A stretch of DNA of 64,000 bases, from assembly GCF_964204645.1 (NCBI RefSeq), contig NC_134028.1, forward strand, positions 4,526,001-4,590,000. Direction: 5' to 3'. The translations under genes and the position numbers were made by a program. Source of the stretch: Tubulanus polymorphus (taxonomy: Eukaryota > Animalia > Nemertea). This document shows, piece by piece, positions 25,708 through 38,827 of the stretch (its first letter is position 1; each line of letters starts with the position of its first letter). Under the pieces are notes generated by a model that worked only from the letters and a program-made list of their open reading frames with translations, was not told the origin of the DNA and searched no databases.

Positions 25708-28700
25708 TCACCATTTGATATTGAGAGCTATCGTATTTTTTTCAACCTCGTGATATTGAGTGTGTAAAACAGAACGGGTTTCATCCGAATCAATCCAGTT
25801 TTCGTATAAATGTTTTATAACGGGATCAGCCCGAGACGGAGTAACTGTCTCCACATCGTTATACAGTTTCGTTACTTTATTCAGTAGATCTTTAGCGCTT
25901 ACATCACCTTCCGCCTTAATTTGACCGCCTCCATTCAAACAACCTACAAAAAGGTAACAGATTTTTCTTTACTCGAAGGAGTCCCATAATTCGAATTTTA
26001 TATGATATAGTTTATTAACACGAAACCACAACGTTTCGGTTGTTGACTAAACAGCCATCATCCGGTGGAATGACCAGAAAACAGAAGTAACGTAGCATAT
26101 AAACTTACAGGACATAAACAAAAGCTATCTGTCAGAATTAAGATAAACAAAACAAGTAACATATGAAAACAACCAGGGGTAATTATCTACCAATCTAAAT
26201 GCTGGTTTTTCTCCACATACGACTTAAACGAACGACTTACATCAACTAAATTGAATTAACCCTGCCCTGAATTGATTAGCTACTTACCTGAAGGACACGC
26301 CATAATCTCAATGAACTGATACTGACATTTGCCTCGTTTGACTTTCTGAACGATGTTCTGTATGTTGCGGAACCCGTAAGCGAGAGCGAACTTCAATTTC
26401 ACTTCTCCATCGACCTGGAATATCACTTCCTTTAGATCTTGATTCCTGAAATAGTTATCGGAACAACATGTCGCCAAAGTGTCTACAGTTCGTACAGTGG
26501 TTGTCATAGCTGAGATGATCATTATGTTCATGACTTAAGTTTGGTAAATCGAATTGGAAATACAAATTTCGACTCAAAAGGAATGTGTTGACTTATCTGA
26601 GTTTAACTGTATGGTATATGATGTGAAAATCAGTGAATCTACATAAATTAGAAATCATTAAAAACATAGTATATATTACCTCAATGTTTTATATTCTAAA
26701 TGATCAATATTTGAGTTGAATAATTGTTGAGCTGCGTATTTCATTATGAATTCTAAGTAACCCCCTGAACCGCCACCTGCATGACTGGTAAAATTACTGC
26801 TCCGTGATCTGTAATACATAAATATCAACATTTACATTAGATCTTTCAATGAAGGGCATAAAGAAGAATTGAACCTGAAATTTAGGTGATTCTGGAGCCA
26901 GTTTCACAATTTTGAGACAAGAATGATTAGTTCATTTTCAATTAGTTAATACTGGAGTCAACTCGGGGAACTGTGGAACATGGTCCTATTGTTCATGCGT
27001 AACATACCCATCCATTGTGTCGAATTCATCATTTTCAAAATCAGTTAAATGCACACCCTCTTTCTCTAACATTAATTCAACTTCACCTGAAAGATTATAG
27101 TATTCTTCATCAATTTCTACAATGCCCAAATATCGGCGGTCGTCTCATTATTCGTCTCTAAATACCTGAAGTAATCACGCAATCAACATCCCTCGTTTCA
27201 AACTCTGCGTTATAGAAATCTGGTCGCGAAGCTTCCAGTTTCTTATCGAAACACGGCATCACAGAAACGTGATAAACTCTGTTCGCTGTGAGCTTCAGAT
27301 TTTTAGACAGATGATGTTTCACGTAGGATCCCATAATCTGCTGGGGTGATTTAGTCGTACCGATATACGGTAAAATATATGAACCGTGAGTTTTCTCTGC
27401 ATAGCAAACCCAACCTGAGAATATTCAAATTATAATACAGCAATTAATCATATAATATCATTTATAACAAACAATTATCCAAGAAAATTATAATGAACGA
27501 TCCCACATTTCATGAAATCAGATGTTTGTTCTGAAAGGATTTATCCAATTAGGCTAGATATCAGATTAGAATTTAGGTAAATTTCTAACTGTCAGAAAAT
27601 AAACTTTGAATCAAGATTGTGAAGTTCTTAATTATCTTCATCACTGAGATATATCAGAATATCTATTTCTACAAATTTTGTAAGTGGGGAAAGCCACCTG
27701 ACCCCTACAGTTGAACAGAGATGATAGGAATACAAACCTGGACAGGCTGAAGCGAGCATCGGTAAAGCGGTTTTATCTTCATTTTGCCTTCTGTATCTGT
27801 CGACGAATTCAGCAGCGTTTTCTAACAGACTCAGATTCCTTGGACTCGTTACGTCAAACACGTAATCAACACCTATAGTTCAATATACAGCATTCAATTC
27901 CATAGTTGTGAGTTTGAGTTAACTATGAGTCAGCTCTTAACTGTGGAACTGGGTCCAGATCTCTGTTCAATACAAACATTCAATCTTATAAATCTTATAT
28001 CTATTGATCAGGTACTCAATAAATGATCCTCTGAACCCAGTTCCAGATTTATAATTAGCTCATTTCCAATATTTATATCTGAAGAGTCATATTTCAGCTG
28101 AACACAGTCGAATTCAATGTCCTCCATTATTTACCCAGTTGCCTGAAGAACCTTGTTAATTTTCTAGCTGTATTTTCGCTAGACATATTATATTTCGCCG
28201 CTAATGAAGCAACAGATTGCGGCGATATCGATAAGACTACTAACTTTCTTTCACTTGCATCCTGAAATGAACGTGAAAACTTTAATTGTTTTTAGATTAC
28301 AGAAGAGTCTAATGTCATGTTCAACTTGTTAGATGCCATAACCCAGTCAGTTTTGGAAGTGTGTACAAATAAAACTGACAAAGTAATGGCACCAGATGCC
28401 TGCGCTAACAAGTTGACATAGAGCCAGGACGTACCCCGGTGATTCTATTTTGATCGAGTATTTTATAAAGTTCATCCTGACTCTGTTGAGTAATTAGAAC
28501 GCTCTCTGCCGAAGTGATACATCCACTACAGGCTAAACAATCATTCAGAGTTATCTGAGCTTTCTCCAGGCGATATTCAACTCCGTCTTCGCCGAGTTGA
28601 GAATAAGTTCCATCAATACCGATTTTAATCGCTCCTGTTTTACCGGTTTTCTTTTCTACTTTCACTGGTTTGACGCATTCCTTAAATACAAAATACACAG

Positions 28701-29014
28701 AATAAAGGGATATCTAAAGCTGTGAGGGTGAAGTTGGGCTAGGGGACTGAGTTTTTAACTGGCAGATAGTGTAGGGCCTAGTCTAAGTCTAGTGTACTGA
28801 GCTATGCAAGCCGTACTAAATGCAGAGATGTAACTAAAGTAATAAATAATAAGGTGTCGATAGTTTAAAGGATATTTTCCCTGGCCATGTTACTCAGCAG
28901 GTTATACTCAGACATTTTTTCCATGATACTGTCTATCACTGGTTTTACCTGGGAAGGGGTGATAAAATCATCTAAATCTGTCAACTGTAGTGCACCGCTG
29001 AATCTCGACGCCAT
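25708..29014 (-). CDS. CIAO3: Cytosolic Fe-S assembly component 3 (NARFL/IOP1/Nar1), 9 exons
   Basis: Exons 29014-28949, 28680-28435, 28261-28135, 27872-27738, 27414-27166, 27086-27008, 26808-26680, 26445-26288, 25943-25708. [73 protein letters not shown]-terminal IKW. Confidence 0.97.
26026..26068 (-). ncRNA. Hammerhead-like motif in the last CIAO3 intron (sense orientation)
   Basis: Minus strand: ccac-CGGATGA-t-ggctgtt..aacaacc-GAAAC-GTT-gtgg, then aataaa. Perfect 4-bp stem I; U4 replaced by G. Confidence 0.5.
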
Positions 29015-29348
29015 TTTAATGGTCATGTGACTATTTTTTATGAAAATGGATTGAATTGAAATTGATTTTGGTGAATTTTCTGCTAACTTTCATCGTGGAT
29101 TTTCTATTTCAAAGCTTTCCTCAAGAGCTACTGATTCATTATCAATGAATTCAGTATAAAAGTTAATGCTCAATAAATTCTGAGTTTGTAAGGTCATTTA
29201 TTTTTGAAATAAGGTATGTTTTAATATTTCCAAACATCAGGTATTGTTTACTACTTTTGAATTTTGCGATTACTTATGTGGACCCGGAAATAAAAATCTT
29301 TGCTGGGTTTTCCCAACATTTTCAGGAAGAAGAAATTCTCGATTAAAA
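29015..29348. promoter_or_regulatory. Putative bidirectional promoter of CIAO3 and MLST8
   Basis: 334 bp separate the divergent ATGs. GTCATGTGAC E-box-like site at 29022, CCGGAA ETS core at 29284, and YY1-like GCCATTTT overlapping the CIAO3 ATG. Confidence 0.6.
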
Positions 29349-31457
29349 ATGCCTGGTGGTTCAGATCGTGGTGGGGATCCAGTAATTCTAGCTACTGCTG
29401 GTTATGATCATACAATACGATTCTGGCAGGCTCATAGTGGAATCTGTCACCGAACGGTTCAACATCCTGACTGTGTATCCTTTGAGTTTTAAACCATTCT
29501 TCCCCTGCCCAGCTGCTGGCCCTTGCGCCGATAAGAAGGGTTCCCCCTCCTACCATGCTGCTTTGGTTAATTTAATGACAGGAGATATTTTGCCGAGTTA
29601 GGCCCCTGACCAATCAGATACTGGGGTTAGGGTCAACATGTAGGTTTGTTTATTTGTTTATATTAGATTAATTAGTATGTTTATATTAGAGTCAATTAGT
29701 CACCTTGACATAACATAACCAGCAGGTGAATGCTTTAGAGATTACACCAGATAAACAGCATATCGCTGCAGCAGGTAATTTTATGAAAACCTGTGATTAA
29801 ATTCAGTGTAAAATGTACTGTTAAGTTTATTGATTTTGACTTCAGGTTATCAGCATATTCGTATGTACGATTTAAACTCGTCTGGCAATCAAAACCCGGT
29901 CGTGAACTACGACGGCATCGCGAAAAATATCACTTCACTCGGGTTTCACGAGGAAGGTAAATGGATGTACACCGGGGGTGAAGACAGCTCGGCTCGAATC
30001 TGGGATCTCAGGTACACAACACATAGACGGAGACACAGTTTGCAACTGGCTTGAATCCGCATTCATCGTCAGAGATTATTTGATTGTGCTGCTGTTGTTT
30101 TATTGTAGATCTAGAAATTTACAATGTCAGAGAATATTTCAAGTGAATGCACCTGTGAACTGTGTGAATCTCCATCCTAATCAGGTTCGAATAGTTGTCT
30201 GAGTGTAAAGAATAAGAACTCTTCAATTCGATTGTTATTTTACGTACTTTATTTTTTAATGATTTCTCGTCACAGGGTGAATTATTCGTCGGGGATCAAA
30301 GCGGAGCTATCCATATTTGGGATTTGAAAACGGATCATAATGAACAACTAGTAAGAAACGATCGATTTAAATGTGGCCTTTTCCTCAATTCAAACCTGTT
30401 CGAAATGAACGTCTCTTCGTCTTTCAGATTCCGGAAGCTGACGCTAGTATTCAGTCATTAGATATTGATCCAGATGGTACCTATATGGCTGCTGTCAATA
30501 ACAAGGTGAATTTCGAGAAGAATTATTTTCTACGAATTTGAGAGAAAAATCGTTTAAACGTCGTTGTGTCGCGTCATTGTGTTTCAGGGTAATTGTTATA
30601 TATGGAGTTTAACCGGAGGCTACGGAGATGAACCGACTCAACTTCATCCAAAAACTAAACTGCCCGCTCACAAACGATACATCTTGAAATGTAAATTCAG
30701 CCCGGATTCGACGTAAGTTTTAACAATCTACAAAAGGATCTCGTTATAGCGGATTATCAAGAGTTAACTACACGCAAAATTGAGCTAATTCTCAACTCTC
30801 ATGTACATTCATGAATGGCTTCTTATGTACAGTCAACCACCAATATACTGCCCTCCCATATACCGCCACCCCCGCCTACCACCAGGTTTTCTCAATGTGC
30901 ATCTCTATACAAATACATGTAAAACACCCCTGATATACCGCCATACTCTCTTTACTTACTCCGCACCAATGTGGGCGGCATATCGGGGGTTGACTGTATT
31001 ATGAATCAGTTTTGAATGAATGCCGTGTTGTATTTGTATAGGTTACTAGCCACCACATCTGCAGATACAACAGTGCGTATCTGGAGAACAGCAGATTTCT
31101 CACTACTCACTGAATTAAAGGATGCTTCTCAGCGCTGGGTTTGGGATTGTGCGTTCAGTGCCGACTCTCAGTATATTATCACAGGTATAAAACATCGCCT
31201 CAAATGATTTTATCACAGTTACTAGACTCTACATGCCTCGTATCTACAAACGTCTCTGTTTACCGAGTATCTACAGTAGACTTTACCGTATATATGATTC
31301 GCAATCATCTCATGTGGAATGTTTTGTATATTTTATTGTAGCCTCCTCTGATAATATGGCTCGATTATGGAATGTTGAAACTGGTGAAATCAAAAGGGAA
31401 TACAGTGGGCATCAGAATGCAGTTATCTGTTTGGCATTTCGTGACGATATTTCATAG
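29349..31457 (+). CDS. MLST8: Target of rapamycin complex subunit LST8 (WD40), 9 exons
   Basis: Exons 29349-29474, 29723-29774, 29846-30011, 30109-30184, 30276-30350, 30428-30505, 30588-30712, 31042-31184, 31342-31457. [45 protein letters not shown]. Confidence 0.97.
29475..29722 (+). other. U12-type (minor spliceosome) GT-AG intron
   Basis: 5' site GTATCCTTTG; branch-like CCTTGAC at 29703-29709, close to the AG; no polypyrimidine tract; frame is preserved (HPDC|QVNALE). Confidence 0.85.
30830..30996. mobile_element. Tc1/mariner (pogo/Tigger-like) MITE in an MLST8 intron
   Basis: TA on both sides. TIR cagtcaaccaccaatatactgccc matches the reverse complement of the right end, cagtcaacccccgatatgccgccc. 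Confidence 0.8.
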
Positions 31458-33117
31458 TTTATCAATGAAAATAACTGTATTTATGTAAATAAATGAAATA
31501 AGTGTAAATAAATTGTTAATTGCTTGCAAGTTTACTAGCTTTTGTTTGCACCTGTTTGGAGATAAGTGATTCCTCTATGACTTTCACCACTTAATTACCA
31601 TTCTGAATGTAGCAGCGGTGTGGGCTTTCGATGCGACTACGACGGATTGATTTGGCAAACTAAACACAATAAGTTATCTATATGACAGACCCTCGAAGTT
31701 TGTAAATATCCTGAATGTCTTCGGTTCCAGCACTGGTTGTTGGGTAAACAACTACTGAGTATGACTTCACATGGGTGTTTCAGGCAGCATCAACATCAAT
31801 CTTATAACTGAATTTCTTCGAGGAAACAAAGAATGAATTTATTAATGACTTAAGTAACTATTTTATTGATGTATACATATATAAAAATTATTATTTATGA
31901 TCATTACAATCAATTATTACAGAAAACAATTTGAATTTTTCAGTTGGGTCTGATTTTCCCCAATAGCTAACCAGTACAAACCGGTATATATCCTATTTAC
32001 AGAACAATATATTGATGAAACTTGACAAAAAAAATTGAATTCCTTAGGAATAATGATGGATAAACCCCCACCCCCCCCCCCTCCCCAACAAATAAAATTC
32101 CAATTATATTGACTCAGGTGAAAGAAGTGAGTGAACCAGTTTTAATTAAAATGCTCGAGAAATTTTAGTTAAAGCTGGTCCAGTTGACAATACACGGTAG
32201 TGCAAAAGAATGTAAGGAGCTGAACGCGCACGGTATAATATATCCATCTATTTCATCGAATGGTAATGTAGTTAATAGGACAATATACATTAAATGTTTT
32301 TACATTTTGATTTTGTTGATATTAAAAGAATTTATTTAATTAAAAACGAATCGGGTTAACATGAACACATTATTGGACACTTTGTATTTTACTACCATTT
32401 GAATCATCAAATCAGATGAAAATGAAACAAAAATAACACTATTTCGTCGCCCCTGCATCACGTATTTTTGAGCGAAACAAAAGAAATTGAAGATTTTCCT
32501 CAAAAGACGCAAGATTCAAAATGTTACCCTTTTTCCTGATGACAAAACATTTGAACTGATCCCTTTAAAATCATGCAAAATTCCCCGATATATCCCACAA
32601 ATATATACACACATCCTAGAAGCTTATCAGAAGACTTTCTCCAACTTCAGATTAAAGCCTGCATCGAACAAGATAAAATAGTCGAACTTGATAAGTCATC
32701 ATTCGGATAAGTCTTCACATTCCTGAATTTGTCTTCATTCTCTCAGTCTCAATTTGTATTTCCAATTAATTTACTAATTTTTAATCATCACTTGAGTCAT
32801 CAACATAATGATATCATTACAACTACGCCTTTTACTGGAATAATGACTTTCAACCGCTGACAATTCCAACAATTTCAATAATGTAGATCACGTTATTGCA
32901 CCTACAAATGTTTCTCCAATAGATACCAGTAATACTAAACACTAAATAATAATCACAGCCTTTTCACAGCAAGATGAAGAACCAGTTTCCACAGTTGTAT
33001 TCAAATTCATATCTGACGCCAGGGGCGAAATAATGGAATGAGCCTCGAGTCCCGGAGTCCTGAGTCAACTATGGGAACCAAGTTAACGGTTTATATCGAT
33101 GTACTTTTAAGACGATT

Positions 33118-33741
33118 TTATCCGAAAGTCGCGCCGCAATGAGGACATCTTCTCTCCCTCATAGCTAGACAACACAATATGCCGATCGGGAAGAATAAAA
33201 TAGCACAGCACACTCCGAGACATGTGAAATCATCCTCCAGCACTCCGACCTGCAAAAAACAATAGATATCTTTATAGGAATCATGATGTGATAGATCGAA
33301 AAGTTCAAATCAATGGTTTAAATAGTTATAACGTACCCGACAAGCGGGACATCCTCCGACCACTACTACTGATGACTGCGGTATTATCACTGTAGTTTGT
33401 TGAGCTCCCATATAAGAGGGGTGAGGCTGTGGAACTGACTGATATCCAGATGGACCAGCCTGATAACCTATAACAACATTCAAACCAAATCAATATTCAG
33501 TTAACACTACAGCTGAGGATTGATGAGTCAATGGGGCTGACGCAAAATCTCTGAACTCAACAGTATCCTAGCATGTTAAAAAAACAACACTGTCTTTAAT
33601 AAGGTAGCTAGTTATAAAAGGTGTAAAAAGTCCCAGATCAGAATGAATAGAATAATCACCTTGTTGAACAGGTTGATAAGTCTGAGGTGGATAACCAGAC
33701 TTCATCACATCTGAATAAGCGGGTGGAGGATTATCAGACAT
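33118..33741 (-). CDS. BRI3: Membrane protein BRI3 (brain protein I3)-like, 3 coding exons
   Basis: Exons 33741-33660, 33467-33337, 33249-33118. PPPAY N-terminus, then [54 protein letters not shown]. Confidence 0.93.
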
Positions 33742-36700
33742 CTTTAACAATCAATCAATCAATTGCTGGAAAAAAATGATGAATCAAACAATTACAACAT
33801 ATTGTTGTTGTAGTTTAGGCCTATTCATAGTTTATTGCATGCCGTGGTGGTAGGTAGGAGACAGGTAAGCCAGGTAGGAAGTTCTTAATAAAAAACTGAG
33901 TTCGGCCTACAACTAAACTAACGAATTACCGATGCATAAATCTACACATACCTTTATTCGTGACAATAGTGAATTATGACAATTCGATACACAGCAGTAC
34001 TCGGAAAACCCGGAAATCATATGAGGCAATCTATGACAATACCTGAAGTTTGGAAGATCAAGATATTACGTAATGTACCCCGTTAAATAACCACGTAAAG
34101 AAAAACTAATTTTCTACTAAATTTATTCAGAATGCACCGTCGAAATAAATCTATCTACCTATTACGTCAACAAATACCATAAATATAACGTAAGTGAATA
34201 AGTGGTTGAATTGAATTGGAGATACTGACAACGCGGTTCTGGTCTATCGAAGGACCGGACACGATGGTTAGGCGGATAATTAGGACACGGCGTCGTTTCC
34301 GCGGGACATTTGCCCCGGCCTCACATGAACAAAATATTCTAATCTTTTTGGTTTGATTTTCGAATTTCGTTGTAGCCAAGTGATTCAGCGTGCCCTGTAG
34401 TTGAAAGTCGGCCGCAAGACCTCGGCTCTAATGGGAATCAAACGGCACAGGCCCGCGTGCCTCGACGCGCTAGTGCCCGGCGGTGCGTCCAAGTCGCACC
34501 GACCCAGCCGATCACAAAAATAAGTGCGGCAAAAGAAACAAAACCACAACCGCCCCCATAAAATTACATGTACGCAAGTATGCAAGAAATATGAGAGTCA
34601 CTCATTGAATAATTGATATTGTGATCAGCGACACTCTGCACACAGTATTCGTATGTATTTATTATGCTGTTTTTGTAGGCAATAATCATTAATAGAAAGT
34701 GAGAATGACAAGTGCCTCCTGTGTGTATGGAACTGCAAGTTGACGGTGCATTGCGGAGGAGTAGCCCGGTTTTATCGAGTAGGTTTTGAGTACACTTTTG
34801 GCCCGGCACGAGAGATTGCCAAAATTCGACGTTTAAATAATATATTTTCTCCTATTCGAGGAGCATATTTTGAAGAGGCAGTTGACATGAATTTTACAGA
34901 CTTCCACGCACAATGTCCTCAACAACGATAATCGATTCTATGAGAGACGATAGAGAGTTACACATGGATAAAAATACGTGATTGCACGCTTGCGTGGTGT
35001 GCGTGGTGTGCGTGGTGTCGCAGGCAGTTTTCCCACTTCGATGGTACCGTCTCATCAGTTCGTCCAGAATGACGTACCCGGCCGCGCGCACTCGCTGGAA
35101 TAACTCGGATTCTGTTTTGAAGAATTAAATGATTAAATGCGGAATTGTATTTTCTGTATCACACGGCTATGTACGCGCGCGCACCTGCACCAGTGCACGG
35201 CTCTTTCCTCTGTCACTGCCAGATGAACCACGGCAGCAAGTTGTAAGTATCGATAGTGGTAATCATACAGCTATATACATGTTCAATCATATCAGAAAGT
35301 AAATATCCAGTGTTGTTTTTACACTGTATTCTAAATGTAGGCAGACACTTTTCGAGGCAGCGAATTTTACATTTCGCCGGTTTTCGATCTTCAGTTTTTA
35401 GCTACGTAATTAACTGTGATATAATATAATCTGTCGCTGCTTCAATCACTGATTGCAAAACCACCCTTTCAGATACCAAACTAACTGATGATGTGATGCA
35501 GTTTTGATAATGTTTTGTCAAATTCTGCGGGTCTGTCTCAACTGTTGAATTTCCTAATGTTTTGTTCAAATTTCAATCGAGGACTGCAAAAACTGCCACC
35601 CGATATTTCCTGGATCTCAATCTCTAGTGATTCCGTGAAAGAGAAGAGATAACTGACAAGATATGATTTGATTCATTACCATCACAAAAATCTAGAGATT
35701 CTGTTGAACGTGAGATGAGTATCATCTAAACGCTATCTGGACTCCGGTCAAAACCAACATTATGTTCGAACTTTTACAGAATCACTCTAGGCGCGTTCAC
35801 ACTACCACTAGTTAGACCGTTTCAAATGGGTACGTACCTTGAAGGGACCCAATTTAGAACGGACCAAATCATAGGGCACGTTTTCCTGAATCAAAATTTC
35901 ACGATTGGACGATACAAGTATTCGAATGAATAGAAGCCAATGTTTTCCAGTTCATAAAGAGGAATACGACATAAAGATTCCCATCCACACTTATAGTATA
36001 ATAGCGTTCATCCTTGCTTGCCAGGGGTCCGGTATCACTCCCGAACTCGTTTGGGAACAGCTTTAGTGTAGTGGGTTCGAATCCCTTGACGGGTAAAGAT
36101 GAATAGCGTTGGGAGGTCGTATGAATGTAGTAGCGCTCCATCGATCATATTCTATTCGATATAATGCTTGAATTTCATTGTCTGGAAAAATGCAATTGAT
36201 TTAATCTCGTTCTTGCGTGTTGATGGATCATCTGTCAACATTATTCAGTGGATACCACGTCAGCTGAATACTGATATAACATCGGGGCGGCTTTGAACTG
36301 AACTGAGGGAACTTTTGATTATTTTATTATTTGCTTTTCTGGCTGATTAAATACGCGCTGACATCACCGCCTAGAATGATATCACCAATCTGTTGCATTC
36401 GAAGATTAGAATACAGAAGTAACTCTTATAGAAATAGCTATCTTTTCATTTCATTTGTTCGATATTTTATGCAAGGGCATTTCTGCGGCTACAGAGAATC
36501 AATCTCAAGATTGTGATCCTCAAGTCAAATATGAATATTTTAATCATTTAAAGGTAAACATTTTCAACAAATGCGACTTAATGAAATAATATCTTCTAAA
36601 TCTTCTGGGTTTAGACTTTCGAAACAAGTTACTTTCTATCTTACAGAAATAGGGGGAATGTTGTCAGGTGCGAGTAGTTGTCATACATGTATACAATACT

Positions 36701-37278
36701 GTTTTTGTTAATAGTTTTGCTATAAAACAAGAATGTTGTGGTTATTTAGATACTTGTTATTGTGACACCGTTATATCAAGAAGTCGATCTAAAAAACGTG
36801 TACCGGGAGAGATATAGAAAACGAAAGCGTGGCCTAAACTGTATGTAACAGTCAGTGCGACACACGCATTGAAAATGTTTTAATGATTTTATGTATTCTT
36901 AAAGATATCATGAATAATATAGTGAAGTTCAGACACACGACTTACCATTGTCTAAAACTCGTCGAGAAAATTCTTTCGCATTTCATTCCATTATATTATT
37001 TGCATTGAACAAAACATGCGGATCTCAATGAGGCCTAATAAACTTCCTAGCTGCCAGTAGAAATATATGGGATTCATGATATCCTAGTCCGGTGTAAATC
37101 GATTTCTAATAGATTAACCGCTACGTAATATTCGCTTTCAACGGTACAACATTTGCCTAATCGTCTCAAAAAGAGCACTGATTGGATACGTTTCAGTTGG
37201 ATGAGTGGTGCTTGACCGCAGTCATGGACACCGACAGCACTTTCAATCAATAAAACGTAAGGTAACATTGACACGAAA

Positions 37279-37320
37279 CAACCTGACGATGGTCTCTAGA
37301 GAGAGTCTGAGACGTCATAC
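37279..37320 (+). ncRNA. Degenerate hammerhead-like motif
   Basis: CTGACGA-t-ggtctctagagagagtct-GAGAC-GTC; GAAA is altered. Confidence 0.3.
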
Positions 37321-38827
37321 CGGAACTTAATTTGATTTGATTAATGAATTTTTCATTTCTAACATACTAAAGATTCATACAGAGTTGGTTTCAGTTGACT
37401 TGAGCTATATTTTTGATGAATGAAATTCATGTGCGCAGAAGTATTCGATTAGTTTTTAAGGACAGGGTCGTTTTTCTTTATGATTTATATTTGAGCTATG
37501 GACCGTACCTAAATCACGCAGTTAATCACGATGGATTATTTCCTGTGTTTTATCGCCTACACGATACGGCGGTAGTAGTTTCACTAAACGACATTATATT
37601 TTACGTAACGCGATTTGTTATTTTACGTCGTATGCGATGTAGAGGACTGATGATACTCGAAACGAGAGGCTGGCTCTCTTCGTAAGTCGGCGGAGAGCGA
37701 GAAAGTCTTCATCATTTGTACGACAAGGGATGTCGGACGAGAGGGTGAAGATGTGTGTCTAGTCAAGTTTAGAGATGTCTGACTTATACCGAAGTATCTA
37801 TGAACGTCTGAGACCTTATCCACAGCGTCTTGTAAGTGGAAGAATGTACAAATCTATGAGAATTTAAGTGCATTTAGAGATTTTTTGTTCGCAAATTTAA
37901 AGTTGTCAGATAATCTAGGACGATACTCGTTTTGCGAGCGTTAACGGATAGGTCCCAAATGAAATGCGTCCTTTATCTATTCCTTTATTCTTTATTCACG
38001 AATTAAATTACATTAGAAAATTACAGGTGATAACACGATAATGTAAGTCGATGGATGTCAAGCATCCGAAGACAATGGTTGAAAAATAGTTAATTTGATG
38101 CAATACAACATTTGAGTGATGCAAAGTATAAGATATTTTCATATATCTCTCCATCCTAATAGTAATCTATATGAAATATCTCCTACGTTTCCAATACTGC
38201 GCCGATATACGTGACTTCACATATTCATGAGCAGCAAAACGATACATAAAGTATCTGCATATATCTATCGGTAAAACTTGTCGCCAAAATGTACAATTAG
38301 TTCTATATCATATTTCATTTGTCGTATTAGACTTTTTTTCGATACATTCCGTGTATGTTGTATGTAGTCCTCGTTCACATTGTCAGGGATCCGTACATAT
38401 AAACACTTTGCGTCGAGTGAAATATCTTTGGAAATCAACCAGATGAAGAGGCAATAACAGCGTAAATGAAACCTGGGATAAAACTTAGTTTAAATGCGTA
38501 TATTACTATTGATAATTTGGAGCTGGGAAGTTGCCATTGCTTTGAATATTGCAGCACAATTACTGGAAACATATCACAAAGATTATTCATACCTGATAAA
38601 GCCGCTTTGCACTAGTAGCGAAAGCTCGTACTTTTAAATGGAAAATCAAGTTAAACCGTTAAAGTACTAATTGTCTTCACGAACAATATATTCATGTTCA
38701 TCGATTTGTTTTTGTTTATTTTTTCAGATTTTGAGATTTGATAGATGTCGCTCATTTGTATTTTAACCATTGCGGCCGAGGATGAAATGCAATGATTAAA
38801 ATGTGCGTCTAAATTTGTGATACGACA

